In this document: positions 48,802-58,436 of the stretch, piece by piece
Numbering within the stretch: position 1 is the stretch's first letter
Layout of the letters: every line of letters starts with the position of its first letter
DNA from: an uncultured delta proteobacterium
GTDB lineage: Bacteria; Desulfobacterota; Syntrophorhabdia; Syntrophorhabdales; WCHB1-27
Assembly (NCBI GenBank): GCA_963835595.1
Contig: CAWIGL010000003.1
Location: forward strand, 321,981-385,980
DNA: 64,000 nt
Direction: 5' to 3'
Notes under the pieces: generated by a model
The model's database searches: none
Seen by the model: only the letters and a program-made list of their open reading frames with translations
What the model was told of the DNA's origin: nothing
Position numbers and translations under genes: made by a program

Positions 48802-49968
48802 ATGGCAAGCATATCTGTAAAGCCGGTATTAATTCGATGGGCCAGAGAGCGGGCCGGCCTTTCTGTTGCGTTTTTGAGCAGCCACTTTCCAAAGTTGGAA
48901 ATGTGGGAGCGCGGTGAGGCTCAGCCCACACTACATCAATTAGAAAATTTCGCCAAAAAGACTTCCACCCCTCTCGGCTACCTCTTCCTGTCTTCGCCAC
49001 CCAAAGAAGTACTACCGGTTCCAGATCTTCGTACGATTCCAAAAGGTGTCAACGCTCGGCCCAGCCCAAACCTAATAGAAACTGTCCAAACAATGCAGAG
49101 GCGGCAAAGATGGATGAGCGAATACTTGATTGAACAAGGGCAAGAACCTCTTCCTTTCGTATCGTCCGAGAAGTTAGGCCGTGACACTAATAGAGTTGCA
49201 GCAGCAATAAGACAGTGGTTGGGCATTGCTCCTACCTGGGCAGCGGCAGAATCGTCCTGGACAAACGCGTTGCGTTTGTTAAGGTCGATGGTAGAAAAGA
49301 TCGGCGTTCTTACGGTTTTTAACGGAGTAGTGGGCAACAATACCCATCGCAAACTCGATGTGGCAGAATTTAGAGGTTTTGTCCTTTGCGATCAGTACGC
49401 CCCCCTTATCTTTGTTAACAGCTCCGATGCCAAGGCCGCGCAGATGTTTACTCTGGCCCACGAGCTTGCACACTTGTGGATAGGGCGTGGCGCTGTTTTT
49501 AACCTTCGCATGCTCCAGCCTGCCGATGACGATCACGAAAGGTTCTGCGATTCCGTCGCCGCTGAATTTCTCGTTCCGCGAGAGGCTCTGCGAAACAGCT
49601 GGGCAGCCGTGAAGGGAATGGAAGATCCCTTTCAGAGCTTAGCTCAACAATTTAAGGTCAGTCCTTTAGTATCTGCGAGGAGAGCGCTTGATCTCGGCTT
49701 CATCAAGAAAGAAGAATTTTTTCAGTTCTATAATGCATATATGGAAGAGGTCCAACGCAAGGGTGATAGGCAAAAAGGTGGCGGAGATTTTTACATCAAT
49801 CAGGACATGAGGATAGGAAGGCGATTTGCCGAAGCGGTATTCCGCGCGGCAAGAGAAGGTCGCCTGCTTTATCGTGACGCCTACCAGTTGACCGGTCTGA
49901 GCGGCGATACCTTCGATCGGTATGCTGGCCACCTGTGGGAAGGCCAACAACAGTATGCCCAGCGATAG
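48802..49968 (+). CDS. XRE-HTH + ImmA/IrrE (peptidase M78) fusion
   Basis: WARERAG...WERGEAQPT HTH; EFRGF, IFVN, QMFTLAHELAHLW (HExxH), AAEFLVP. Confidence 0.92.
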   Translation: MASISVKPVLIRWARERAGLSVAFLSSHFPKLEMWERGEAQPTLHQLENFAKKTSTPLGYLFLSSPPKEVLPVPDLRTIPKGVNARPSPNLIETVQTMQRRQRWMSEYLIEQGQEPLPFVSSEKLGRDTNRVAAAIRQWLGIAPTWAAAESSWTNALRLLRSMVEKIGVLTVFNGVVGNNTHRKLDVAEFRGFVLCDQYAPLIFVNSSDAKAAQMFTLAHELAHLWIGRGAVFNLRMLQPADDDHERFCDSVAAEFLVPREALRNSWAAVKGMEDPFQSLAQQFKVSPLVSARRALDLGFIKKEEFFQFYNAYMEEVQRKGDRQKGGGDFYINQDMRIGRRFAEAVFRAAREGRLLYRDAYQLTGLSGDTFDRYAGHLWEGQQQYAQR

Positions 49969-50479
49969 AGTTTTTCTACTTGATGCAAATGTCTTCATCG
50001 AGGCCAAGAGACGGTATTATGCATTTGATCTTTGTCCGGGATTCTGGGAATGCCTTATCTGGCACCATAATGGGACGTCCCGAGTTGTAAGCATCGACAG
50101 AGTTAAGGACGAATTGGAGCGCGGAGGTGACGATCTAAAGGCTTGGGTCACTTCGGACATGCCCTTAACCTGCTTTGCGCGCACGGACGTAAGGCCTGCG
50201 GTTGAACAATATGCGTTAATTATGTCTTGGGTTCAGAACCACAACCAGTTCTTCCCGGAAGCAAAAGCAGAGTTCGCTGCAAGCGCCGATGGCTGGTTGA
50301 TTGCGTACGCCAAGGTGAATAGTATAGTGTTAGTTACCCACGAAGTACTTGCTCCAGACGCACGCCGAAAAGTGCCTATGCCGAACGTGTGCGAAGCATT
50401 TAGCGTAGCGTACATAGACACCTTTGACATGCTCAGGGAATTGGAAGCGTCTTTTTCCTGGAATCACCATAATAGGTAG
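49955..50479 (+). CDS. DUF4411-family (PIN-like) protein
   Basis: LLDANVFIEAK..YY.F..CPGFW, ADGWLIAYA, VTHE and KVPMPNVC motifs. Confidence 0.88.
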   Translation: MPSDRVFLLDANVFIEAKRRYYAFDLCPGFWECLIWHHNGTSRVVSIDRVKDELERGGDDLKAWVTSDMPLTCFARTDVRPAVEQYALIMSWVQNHNQFFPEAKAEFAASADGWLIAYAKVNSIVLVTHEVLAPDARRKVPMPNVCEAFSVAYIDTFDMLRELEASFSWNHHNR

Positions 50480-50899
50480 TGCGGGAAAAGCCCGATCAGA
50501 TGTTAAAAGTGCAGATGTTGTCGGTAAACGCTCGCCTCCCCGCCACTTTCTGAAGGGGCATATGGGGCATCCCAGCCCTTGGCTTTCAAATCGCTTTCGC
50601 CGCCGCCCAAGGGATGCGCAGTATGCTCCGTTCGCGGCGGCAGCGGCTTGGGGCGGGCCTCGGCTTACAGTGAGCTAGAGTACTGGTATGAAGACTCGAT
50701 CTTAGGATGAAAGCGTGCGTTGGCGAGCCCGGGGAGCGCGGACCACGCAGGCGACATGACTTTAGCGAGTCGCCTGCGTTCGCGAAAGCGGAGGCAAAAG
50801 GTCGATTTAACGCGCAGCGTCGCGAGTCCAGCCGCCGAGAGCACATAGCAGTTAAGCCAGTCGCGACGCTACCGACCCCCGCCGTGATATAATAACCCC

Positions 50900-51646
50900 T
50901 TGACGCCACGAGAGATATACGCCCGCTCCATCCTGTCCAAGTCCGGCATAGGGGGCATAGCTTACTGCATCAACCCGTATGTAGGCTGCGCGCACGCGTG
51001 CACGTACTGCTACGCAACCTTCATGCGCCGGTTTACCGGACACACGGAGCCCTGGGGCGCCTTCCTCGACGTAAAGATGAACAGCGCCGCCCTCCTGGCC
51101 AAACAGTTGAAAACGGCGCGCGAAGGGACCATCCTCATGGCCTCGGTCACGGACTGCTACCAGCCCGCCGAAGGCGAGTACCGCGTGACGCGCTCCTGCC
51201 TCGAAGTACTTGCCGGCAGCCCCCTGCCCGTCGAGGTCCTTACCAAATCGCCCCTCGTCCTGCGCGACCTCGACATCTTGAAGAAGATCCGCCGCCTGGA
51301 AGTGGGGCTTACCATTACGACCGACGACGAGGCCGTAAGACGCATATTCGAGCCTGGCGCCCCACCCGTAAAGGCCAGGGTCGATGCCCTTGAGAGGCTT
51401 CACGGCGAGGGCATATCGACTTATGCCTTCATCGGCCCCGTGCTGCCCCTCCACCCGGAGCGGCTCGCCGACCTGATACGCCCCCACGCGGACAGCGTCC
51501 TGATCGACAGGATGAACTACACGTTCAAGACAGCCGGCATTTACAGGCGGCACAGGCTCGACCCGTGGCTTGACGGTGGCTACGTCGGCGGCGCCATCGC
51601 ACGGCTGGAGCGGGCGCTTGCGGAGAAGAGCATAACCGTCTGCTAG
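50900..51646 (+). CDS. Radical SAM protein (SplB-like)
   Basis: [31 protein letters not shown] and FEPGAP motifs. Confidence 0.88.
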   Translation: MTPREIYARSILSKSGIGGIAYCINPYVGCAHACTYCYATFMRRFTGHTEPWGAFLDVKMNSAALLAKQLKTAREGTILMASVTDCYQPAEGEYRVTRSCLEVLAGSPLPVEVLTKSPLVLRDLDILKKIRRLEVGLTITTDDEAVRRIFEPGAPPVKARVDALERLHGEGISTYAFIGPVLPLHPERLADLIRPHADSVLIDRMNYTFKTAGIYRRHRLDPWLDGGYVGGAIARLERALAEKSITVC

Positions 51647-51723
51647 CCCCTCTATGCTCCGCCTCGAAGCGCCTTGACTCCGGCCGCTGCGGGACATATA
51701 CTGCGCAGAGGGAGGAAGCAAAG

Positions 51724-52317
51724 ATGAGCCTGCGGGCCAAGACGATAACAGGCGCGTGCGCCGCTGCCGCAGTGCTGATCGCTTTCATCATCTGGCAGGG
51801 GTCGGCAGCCCCGCAAAGCGCCAATGCAGAAACGGACAACCACGCGAAAGGACAAACCGGCATGGACTGGCGGCACTTCAAGAAACCGAGCGACGCGGAG
51901 CTGAAAAAGATGCTGACGCCCTTACAGTACGAGGTGACGCAGAAGGAAGGCACGGAGCCGCCATTTGATAATGAGTACGATAAGAACTACAAGGAAGGCA
52001 TTTACGTCGATATCGTCTCCGGCGAGCCTCTCTTCAACTCCCTCGACAAGTTCGACTCCCACACGGGCTGGCCGAGCTTCACCAGGCCCATCGACCCCAA
52101 CGCTGTCGTCGAGACGTCTGAAAGGCATTACCTGATAGAGCGGCGCACCGAGGTACGGAGTAAAATCGCCGGCTCCCACCTGGGCCACGTCTTCAACGAC
52201 GGCCCCCCGCCGACTGGTCTCAGGTATTGCATGAACTCGGCGGCCCTGCGCTTTATCCAGAAAGAGGATTTAAAAAAGGATGGTTACGGCGAATACTTAA
52301 AGTTGTTTAAGAAGTAA
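51724..52317 (+). CDS. msrB: Peptide-methionine (R)-S-oxide reductase, exported
   Basis: [37 protein letters not shown]; N-terminal signal. Confidence 0.95.
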   Translation: MSLRAKTITGACAAAAVLIAFIIWQGSAAPQSANAETDNHAKGQTGMDWRHFKKPSDAELKKMLTPLQYEVTQKEGTEPPFDNEYDKNYKEGIYVDIVSGEPLFNSLDKFDSHTGWPSFTRPIDPNAVVETSERHYLIERRTEVRSKIAGSHLGHVFNDGPPPTGLRYCMNSAALRFIQKEDLKKDGYGEYLKLFKK

Positions 52318-52328
52318 TAGAGGGTTCC

Positions 52329-53033
52329 TTACAGCCCCAAAAACGCCTTCTGTATAACCTCCGAGTCGAGTAGCTCCCGGCCCGGCCCTTCGAGCACCAC
52401 CCTGCCCGTCTGGATCACGTAGGCCCTGTCCGCGATGTCGAGGGCGGCCTCCACGTCCTGCTCGACGAGGAGCACGGTCACGCCGTTCTTCCGTATCTCC
52501 CCGATCACCTCGAATATCTTGTCAACGAGGATGGGCGCGATGCCCCAGGACGGCTCGTCCAGCATGAGGAGCTTCGGCTTGCTCATCAGGCCCCGGCCGA
52601 TGGCGAGCATCTGCTGCTCGCCCCCGGAGAGCGTCTTTGCCTTCTGCGACGCCCGCTCGCGCAGGATCGGGAATATCGAGTAGACGTAGTCCATCCGCTC
52701 CCCTACCTCTTTTTTGTCGGCGACGAGGTAGGCCCCGAGGAGCAGGTTCTTGTAGACGCTCAAGGATGGGAAGAGGCGGCGTCCCTCCGGCACGTGGGAG
52801 ATCCCGAAGGCCACGATCCTGTGCGCGTCGAGCCTCGTGATGTCGCGCCCCTCGAACGTCACCTTCCCGGACGAAGGGTGCATGACCCCGCTGACACCCT
52901 TTAGTATCGTCGATTTCCCGTTGCCGTTGCCTCCGATGAGCGCAACGATCTCCCCGCGCTCCACGCGGAAGGAGACCGACTGCACGACCTTGATGCCGCT
53001 ATACGACAGGTCTATGCTTTCTACGCTCAGCAT
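52329..53033 (-). CDS. Liv-type ABC ATP-binding protein (LivF-like)
   Basis: GGNGNGKST, VPEGRRLF, LSGGEQQMLAIGR and DEPS motifs. Confidence 0.92.
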   Translation of the reverse strand: MLSVESIDLSYSGIKVVQSVSFRVERGEIVALIGGNGNGKSTILKGVSGVMHPSSGKVTFEGRDITRLDAHRIVAFGISHVPEGRRLFPSLSVYKNLLLGAYLVADKKEVGERMDYVYSIFPILRERASQKAKTLSGGEQQMLAIGRGLMSKPKLLMLDEPSWGIAPILVDKIFEVIGEIRKNGVTVLLVEQDVEAALDIADRAYVIQTGRVVLEGPGRELLDSEVIQKAFLGL

Positions 53034-53748
53034 ACTTCTCCCCAAGGTACGCCTTGATGACCTTCTCGTCCTTGACGATCTCGGCCGGCGGCCCTTCGGC
53101 GATCTTCCGGCCGTAGTCGAGGACGACCACCCTGTCGGCTACGGGCATGATGCCTTCCATGACGTGCTCGACGAGTATGAGCGTTACGCCGAGGTCCCTC
53201 AGGCGTCCCATAAGCTCCGTCGTCTCATGCACCTCCTGGATGTTGAGGCCCGCCATGATCTCATCCAGCAGGAGCAGCTCCGGCCCCGTGGCGAAGGCGC
53301 GGGCGACCTCCAGCCGCTTCTGCTCCGATATGGTGAGGGAGGCGGCCTTCCGGTCGAGCCTCGAAGAGAAGCCGAAAAGATCGGCGACCTCCCCTGCCCG
53401 CTCGGCCGCTGCCTTCGTCTTCTCGCACCTAAGGAAGGCGCCTATCATGATGTTTTCGAGGACGCTCATCTCCCTGAAGACCCTTACGATCTGGAAGGTC
53501 CGGCCGATGCCCTTCCTGGCCGCGCCCTCCGGCTTGTCGCAGGTGATCTCGTCGCCGCGAAACAATATGCGCCCCCCGCTTGCCCGGTAGAAGCAGGAGA
53601 TGCAGTTGAAGAGCGTCGATTTGCCCGCGCCGTTCGGCCCAATCAGCCCTATGACCGCGCCTTTCTCCACCGTGAAGGAGATGTCCTGGTTGGCGGCCAG
53701 CCCCCCGAAGCGCTTCGTCACGTTCTCCAGCCTCAGTATCTCGCTCAT
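52999..53748 (-). CDS. Liv-type ABC ATP-binding protein (LivG-like)
   Basis: KRFGGL, GPNGAGKST, RTFQ, LLDE and AYLG motifs. Confidence 0.92.
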   Translation of the reverse strand: MSEILRLENVTKRFGGLAANQDISFTVEKGAVIGLIGPNGAGKSTLFNCISCFYRASGGRILFRGDEITCDKPEGAARKGIGRTFQIVRVFREMSVLENIMIGAFLRCEKTKAAAERAGEVADLFGFSSRLDRKAASLTISEQKRLEVARAFATGPELLLLDEIMAGLNIQEVHETTELMGRLRDLGVTLILVEHVMEGIMPVADRVVVLDYGRKIAEGPPAEIVKDEKVIKAYLGEKYAERRKHRPVV

Positions 53749-54689
53749 CGGCCGCCTCGCGCGAAAAGGCCGTAAAGGCCCTGCGGCCTGAGGATAGCAA
53801 GGACGATCATCAGCGCAGAGTAAAGCATCAGGTCGATGCCCTGCCCCTCGCTGCCTAAATAAACGCGCGTAAGCTCGATAAGGGGTATGAAGACGAACGA
53901 GCCGACCACGGGACCTAAGAGCTTGCCGAGGCCCCCGATGAGGGAGATGATGCACAGGTCGATCGATATCATCAGGCCGAAGGTGGAGGGCGGGTCTATA
54001 TAGAGCACGTACTGGGCGTAAAAGGTGCCGCAGATCGATGTCAGGACTGCCGACAGGCAGAAGGCGTACAGCTTGTACTTGCGGATGTTGACGCCTACGC
54101 TCCTCGCGCCGTCCGGGTCGTCCTTGATGGCCCGCAGGTAATACCCCAGCCTGCTCCGCTCGACCCAAAACGCCGCGCCGACAGCGAAAAGGAGCATCGC
54201 CAGCATGATGTAATAATACGGGAGCTTCGTCGTGTGAAACTCCATGTTCCTGAACGACTGGGGCAGTATCGGCAGGTAGATGCCGACGGCCGCGCCGACG
54301 AAATCCCAGACCATGAAAAGGCCCATCATGATCTCGCCTATCGCGATGGTGGCTATGGCGAAGTAATGGCCCTTGAGCCTGAAGCAGGGGTAGCCGACGA
54401 TGACCGCGAGGGCGGCAGACGCGACGCAGCCCGCTCCCATGCCTATCCACGGCGACAACCCGGCCTTGGTGAGAAGGACCGACGACGCGTAGGCCCCCAC
54501 GCCGAAAAAGGCCGCGTTGCCGAAGGAGACCTGCCCGGCGTAGCCGCCGATGATGTTCCAGCCGATGCTCATCACTGCGTACATCATTATCATTATCAGG
54601 AGGTGTCGCGGGAAGGGGTTCCGGAAGAACAACGGAAAGGCGATCATGAGGGCGACGAACAGCAGGAACGGCCAGACGCCTTTCTTCAT
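53745..54689 (-). CDS. Liv-type ABC permease (LivM-like)
   Basis: GYAGQVSFGNAAFFGVGAY and RLKGHYFAIAT motifs. Confidence 0.92.
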   Translation of the reverse strand: MKKGVWPFLLFVALMIAFPLFFRNPFPRHLLIMIMMYAVMSIGWNIIGGYAGQVSFGNAAFFGVGAYASSVLLTKAGLSPWIGMGAGCVASAALAVIVGYPCFRLKGHYFAIATIAIGEIMMGLFMVWDFVGAAVGIYLPILPQSFRNMEFHTTKLPYYYIMLAMLLFAVGAAFWVERSRLGYYLRAIKDDPDGARSVGVNIRKYKLYAFCLSAVLTSICGTFYAQYVLYIDPPSTFGLMISIDLCIISLIGGLGKLLGPVVGSFVFIPLIELTRVYLGSEGQGIDLMLYSALMIVLAILRPQGLYGLFARGGR

Positions 54690-54696
54690 CGTCGCC

Positions 54697-55557
54697 TCAC
54701 GCCTTGCCGAGAAGTCCTTGCGGCCTCACCAGCACGACGGCGAGGTAGAGGGCAAGGACGACGACGAACTTGATGGACGGCGCGAGCAGGTATCCGCTCA
54801 TCACCTCTACGAGGCCCACGATCACCCCCGCGATGAACGCCCCGACGACGCTGCCGAAGCCGCCCAGGGCCACGACGACGAAGGCGATGAGGCAGAAATT
54901 GCCGCCCACCTCCGGGAACGTATAATAGAAGCTCGAAAGGAGGCCCCCCGCCACGCCGACGCTCGCTATCCCGATGCCCCAGGCCAGGGCGAACATGCGG
55001 TCGCTGTTTATGCCCATCAGGCGGGCCGCCTCCTTGTCCTCCGCGACTGCCTCAAGGGCCATGCCGAGGCGCGTCCTCTTCATAAACAGGTAAATAAGTC
55101 CGTTGCAGACGACCGCCCCGGCCGCAGCGACGACCTCCGGCAGGCCGATGTAGACGCCCGCGACCTGCAAGTTCCCGCTGAGCAGCGAGTGGGGTATCGC
55201 CCTGTAGTCTGCCTTCCAGAGGAACTGGGCGAACCCCCGCAGGAATATCAGGATGCCGAAGGTGACGAATATCTGGGAGAGCATCGGGGCGTCGATGATC
55301 TTCCTGATGAGCAGATAATACGTGACGATGCCGAGGCCGAAGAGCGCGAGGGTCACCCCGGGCAGCGAGTAAAGGGGGTCGATGCCCAAGAGCGCGAACG
55401 CCCAGTACGCGAGGTACATGGCGAGCATGAGGTACTCGCCGTGGGCGAAGTTGACGATATCCATGACGCCGAATATCATCGTCAGGCCCACGGCGATGAG
55501 GGCGTAAAGAAAGCCGATCAGCAGGCCGCTTACGACGGTCTGTGCGAAGATCTCCAT
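54697..55557 (-). CDS. Liv-type ABC permease (LivH-like)
   Basis: YALIAVGLTMIFG..NFAHGE, LGGFGS and RPQGLLG motifs. Confidence 0.92.
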   Translation of the reverse strand: MEIFAQTVVSGLLIGFLYALIAVGLTMIFGVMDIVNFAHGEYLMLAMYLAYWAFALLGIDPLYSLPGVTLALFGLGIVTYYLLIRKIIDAPMLSQIFVTFGILIFLRGFAQFLWKADYRAIPHSLLSGNLQVAGVYIGLPEVVAAAGAVVCNGLIYLFMKRTRLGMALEAVAEDKEAARLMGINSDRMFALAWGIGIASVGVAGGLLSSFYYTFPEVGGNFCLIAFVVVALGGFGSVVGAFIAGVIVGLVEVMSGYLLAPSIKFVVVLALYLAVVLVRPQGLLGKA

Positions 55558-55567
55558 CTAGGCGCGC

Positions 55568-56830
55568 TTACCTCTTGTCCCACTTCGGAAAAGGCCAAAC
55601 GACGTCCTTCGTGGCGAGGTCGAAGGGCCACACGGTATAGTATTTCTCCCCCTGGACCTGGACGATGATGCCCCTGCCCATCGTGTTCTGGTGCGTTTTC
55701 GGGTCGAACTTTACCCCGTCCCACGGCATGATGAGCTGGTCCGCCTTCAGGTTCGTCTCCAGCAGGGCCTGCCTGATCTTTGCGGGGTTGGTCGAGCCTG
55801 CCCTGTTGATCGCGTCCGCCAGGACGATCACGGCGGTGAAGGCCCGCGACGAGGAGCCGTCCATCGGCTTGCCCGTCCTTTTGTAGAACATCTCGGCCAC
55901 GGTCTTGAGCATCGGCTTCTTCGCGCCCAGATCGAGCGCCCATACTTCGCGGGAGAGGAAGTAATCGGCGTCCTTGCCGAGGGATTTTACGAACTCCGGG
56001 TCGATGTGGCCCGCGTCGTTGCCGATGATGGCGTCGGGCGTAAAGTTCAATTCTTTATAGGTCTTTACGGAAAGGATCGCGTCGGCCACATAGGACGTCT
56101 GCAATACGACCTTCGCGTTAAACCCTTTCAGCCTCTGGATCTCGCTCGTGAGCTGCGTGCTCTTCGCGGGGTACGTGACGAGGCCCGCTATCTTGTAGCC
56201 GTACTGCTTGGCGAACTTCTCCTCGAATTTTGTCGTGTCCGTGCCGAAGAGGGTGTTCTCGTTGAAGAGGGAGACGGGGGCCGTCTCGACGCGCTTCTTC
56301 TTTTTCATGTCGTTCAGGAACTCGAAGAAGTTCTCGGCGAAAAGCTGGTCGCTCGGGGTGGTCCTGAAGAACCACTGGAAGCCCCTCTCTGTCAGGGTGG
56401 GAGACGTGGAGTCGCCGTTGACGAAGGGGATGGAGTACCTCTCGGCCGCCTGGCTCGCCGTCGCGGTGACCGCGCTGTGATAGGAGCCGATGAGGGCGAC
56501 GACCTTCTCCTGCGTGATGAGCCGCTCCGCCTCGGCCATGCCTACGTCAGGCTTCGCCTGATGGTCGCCGGAGACGATGACGATCTTCGCCCCTCCGAGG
56601 TTGGGCAACCCTTCGGTTTTGGCGAGCGGCATGTTGAGGTTGTACTTGTTGTTGATGATGTCCGCCGCGAGCTTCACGCCTTCCAGGAGCACCTGGCCGG
56701 TAGAGGCGGCGGGGCCGGTCAGAGGGTATATGACGCCGATCTTTATCTCTTTCTCGGCGGCGCTTATCCCGGACGCGGCAAGAAATAAGACGAGGGAAAA
56801 GAGGCACAAGCAAGCTATCGCTTTTTTCAT
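55568..56830 (-). CDS. Liv-type ABC substrate-binding protein
   Basis: Signal peptide; IKIGVIYPLTG and WFFRT motifs. Confidence 0.9.
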   Translation of the reverse strand: MKKAIACLCLFSLVLFLAASGISAAEKEIKIGVIYPLTGPAASTGQVLLEGVKLAADIINNKYNLNMPLAKTEGLPNLGGAKIVIVSGDHQAKPDVGMAEAERLITQEKVVALIGSYHSAVTATASQAAERYSIPFVNGDSTSPTLTERGFQWFFRTTPSDQLFAENFFEFLNDMKKKKRVETAPVSLFNENTLFGTDTTKFEEKFAKQYGYKIAGLVTYPAKSTQLTSEIQRLKGFNAKVVLQTSYVADAILSVKTYKELNFTPDAIIGNDAGHIDPEFVKSLGKDADYFLSREVWALDLGAKKPMLKTVAEMFYKRTGKPMDGSSSRAFTAVIVLADAINRAGSTNPAKIRQALLETNLKADQLIMPWDGVKFDPKTHQNTMGRGIIVQVQGEKYYTVWPFDLATKDVVWPFPKWDKR

Positions 56831-56831
56831 G

Positions 56832-57791
56832 TCAACCCCCTATGGTTTTATAGAGGGAGGAAACGTAGCTCCCCCTTGCATGCTTAAGCTCCAGCGCCTC
56901 TGCGGGCGTGACGCGGTCGAACATGACCTTGTCCTTCGGCCGCAGGTGGGCGAGGCGGTCTAAGTCTGCGGACGCGACGACCCCTGCCCTCGCGTAGCCG
57001 CCCATCGTCCTCTCGAAGAGCACGATGATCGGCGCCCCATCGGGCGGCACCTGGACGGTCCCGGGCAGCAGGCCCTCGGAAACGATGCCGCCCATCTCCG
57101 TCCGGGCGAAGGCCAGCGGCGCCCCTTCGAGCCTGATGCCCGTCCTGTTCGATTTCGCTGAGACAGAGTACCACAAATTCTTCTCGATGTTGCAGAATTT
57201 ATCGAACGAGTCGGCGGTAAACCGATCTTTTTCCGGTCCGTCGAGGAGGCGCAGCACGTGGGGCGGCCCCATCGCCGGTATTTGCGAGGCAGGGACAGAC
57301 CTCTCCCCTACCCGCCTGGATCCCGTGAGGGCGATGCGGTCCCCCTTGACGAGCGGCCTGCCCGCCAGCCCCCCGAACATGCATTCGAGGTTCGTCGAGC
57401 AGCTTCCCATCACGGCCGGAAGCTCCATGCGTCCCGCGAACCCGACGTAGTAGCGGAACCCCTCAAGCACCTGGGCGACCCTCAACGTACTGCCCGCTGC
57501 GGCGCGGAACGTCGCCCACGGCTCTACGGGCGCGCCGTCGAGGAAGACGGCCGTGCGCGCCCCGGTGACGGCTGCCGTCACGTCCGCCGAAAACCTGAGG
57601 GCGAACTCCGTGCCGAAGACCTCTATGGCGGGCGTGCCCGGCGTGTTCCCGAGCAGCCTGTTGAGGGCTGCGAAGGCGAGGCCGTCGAGGGCCGACGATG
57701 CGGGCACGCCTATGTGGGCAAACCCGGGTCTGCCCGCATCGACGACCAGGGAGAGCCATCCGGCGTTGACCACCTCCATCGCAGCACCCAT
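56832..57791 (-). CDS. pxpC: 5-oxoprolinase subunit C (AHS2)
   Basis: DAGRPG...GVP...ALD, SNRTGIRLEG, GTVQVPPDG, TMGGY; start uncertain (alternative 57779). Confidence 0.85.
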   Translation of the reverse strand: MGAAMEVVNAGWLSLVVDAGRPGFAHIGVPASSALDGLAFAALNRLLGNTPGTPAIEVFGTEFALRFSADVTAAVTGARTAVFLDGAPVEPWATFRAAAGSTLRVAQVLEGFRYYVGFAGRMELPAVMGSCSTNLECMFGGLAGRPLVKGDRIALTGSRRVGERSVPASQIPAMGPPHVLRLLDGPEKDRFTADSFDKFCNIEKNLWYSVSAKSNRTGIRLEGAPLAFARTEMGGIVSEGLLPGTVQVPPDGAPIIVLFERTMGGYARAGVVASADLDRLAHLRPKDKVMFDRVTPAEALELKHARGSYVSSLYKTIGG

Positions 57792-58432
57792 CACACGCTC
57801 ACGAAGCGCACCCGGTCGCCCATCGCAAAGAGGCTGTAAGGCGGCCTCTCTGCATCGAACGGCCTGATGCGCGTCCTTCCTATGATCCTCCAGCCGCCTG
57901 GCGAGTCAAACGTGTAGATGCCCGTCTGGAGCTGGGCTATGGCGACCGAGCCTTCAGGGACCTTGACGCGGGGCGCGTCGAGCCTGGGGACGAAGAGCTT
58001 CTTGTCGAGGGGACCGAGGTATGGGAAGCCGGGCAGGAAGCCTACGGCGAATACCGTATAGACGGCCGAGGTGTGGCATTCGACGACCTCTTCCCCGGTA
58101 AGGCCCGAATACGCGCAGACCGTGTCCATATCCGGCCCGTACTCCCCGCCGTATGTGACGGGTATCTCGTGCGTCCTCGGCTCTCCCCATCCGGCCGCCG
58201 CCATTTCCCCCTGCCTTTCGCGCACTACGCCCGCCAGTTTCCCGAAGCTCGTGCGGCTTGCGTCGAAAACAATAAGGCATGTCGTGAAAGATGGGATGAT
58301 GTCGGTGACGCCCGTAAGCCCTGCGGCGCTCAGGTAGAGATAGGCCCTGCGCACCAGCGCGTGCGTCTCCAAGGTGATCTCGCTGCCGAATACCAGCCGG
58401 AGTCCGTTCTCTCCGTAGGGCAGTATCTCCAT
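57791..58432 (-). CDS. pxpB: 5-oxoprolinase subunit B (AHS1)
   Basis: IPVTYGGEYGPD, GFLPGFPYL, GSVAIA and SPGGWRIIG motifs. Confidence 0.9.
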   Translation of the reverse strand: MEILPYGENGLRLVFGSEITLETHALVRRAYLYLSAAGLTGVTDIIPSFTTCLIVFDASRTSFGKLAGVVRERQGEMAAAGWGEPRTHEIPVTYGGEYGPDMDTVCAYSGLTGEEVVECHTSAVYTVFAVGFLPGFPYLGPLDKKLFVPRLDAPRVKVPEGSVAIAQLQTGIYTFDSPGGWRIIGRTRIRPFDAERPPYSLFAMGDRVRFVSV

Positions 58433-58436
58433 GCGG

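Larger units (their letters stand above)
48307..50841. mobile_element. Non-autonomous low-GC element bounded by 45-bp inverted repeats
   Basis: 48307-48351 and 50797-50841 are reverse complements with 1 mismatch; no transposase seen inside. Confidence 0.6.
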
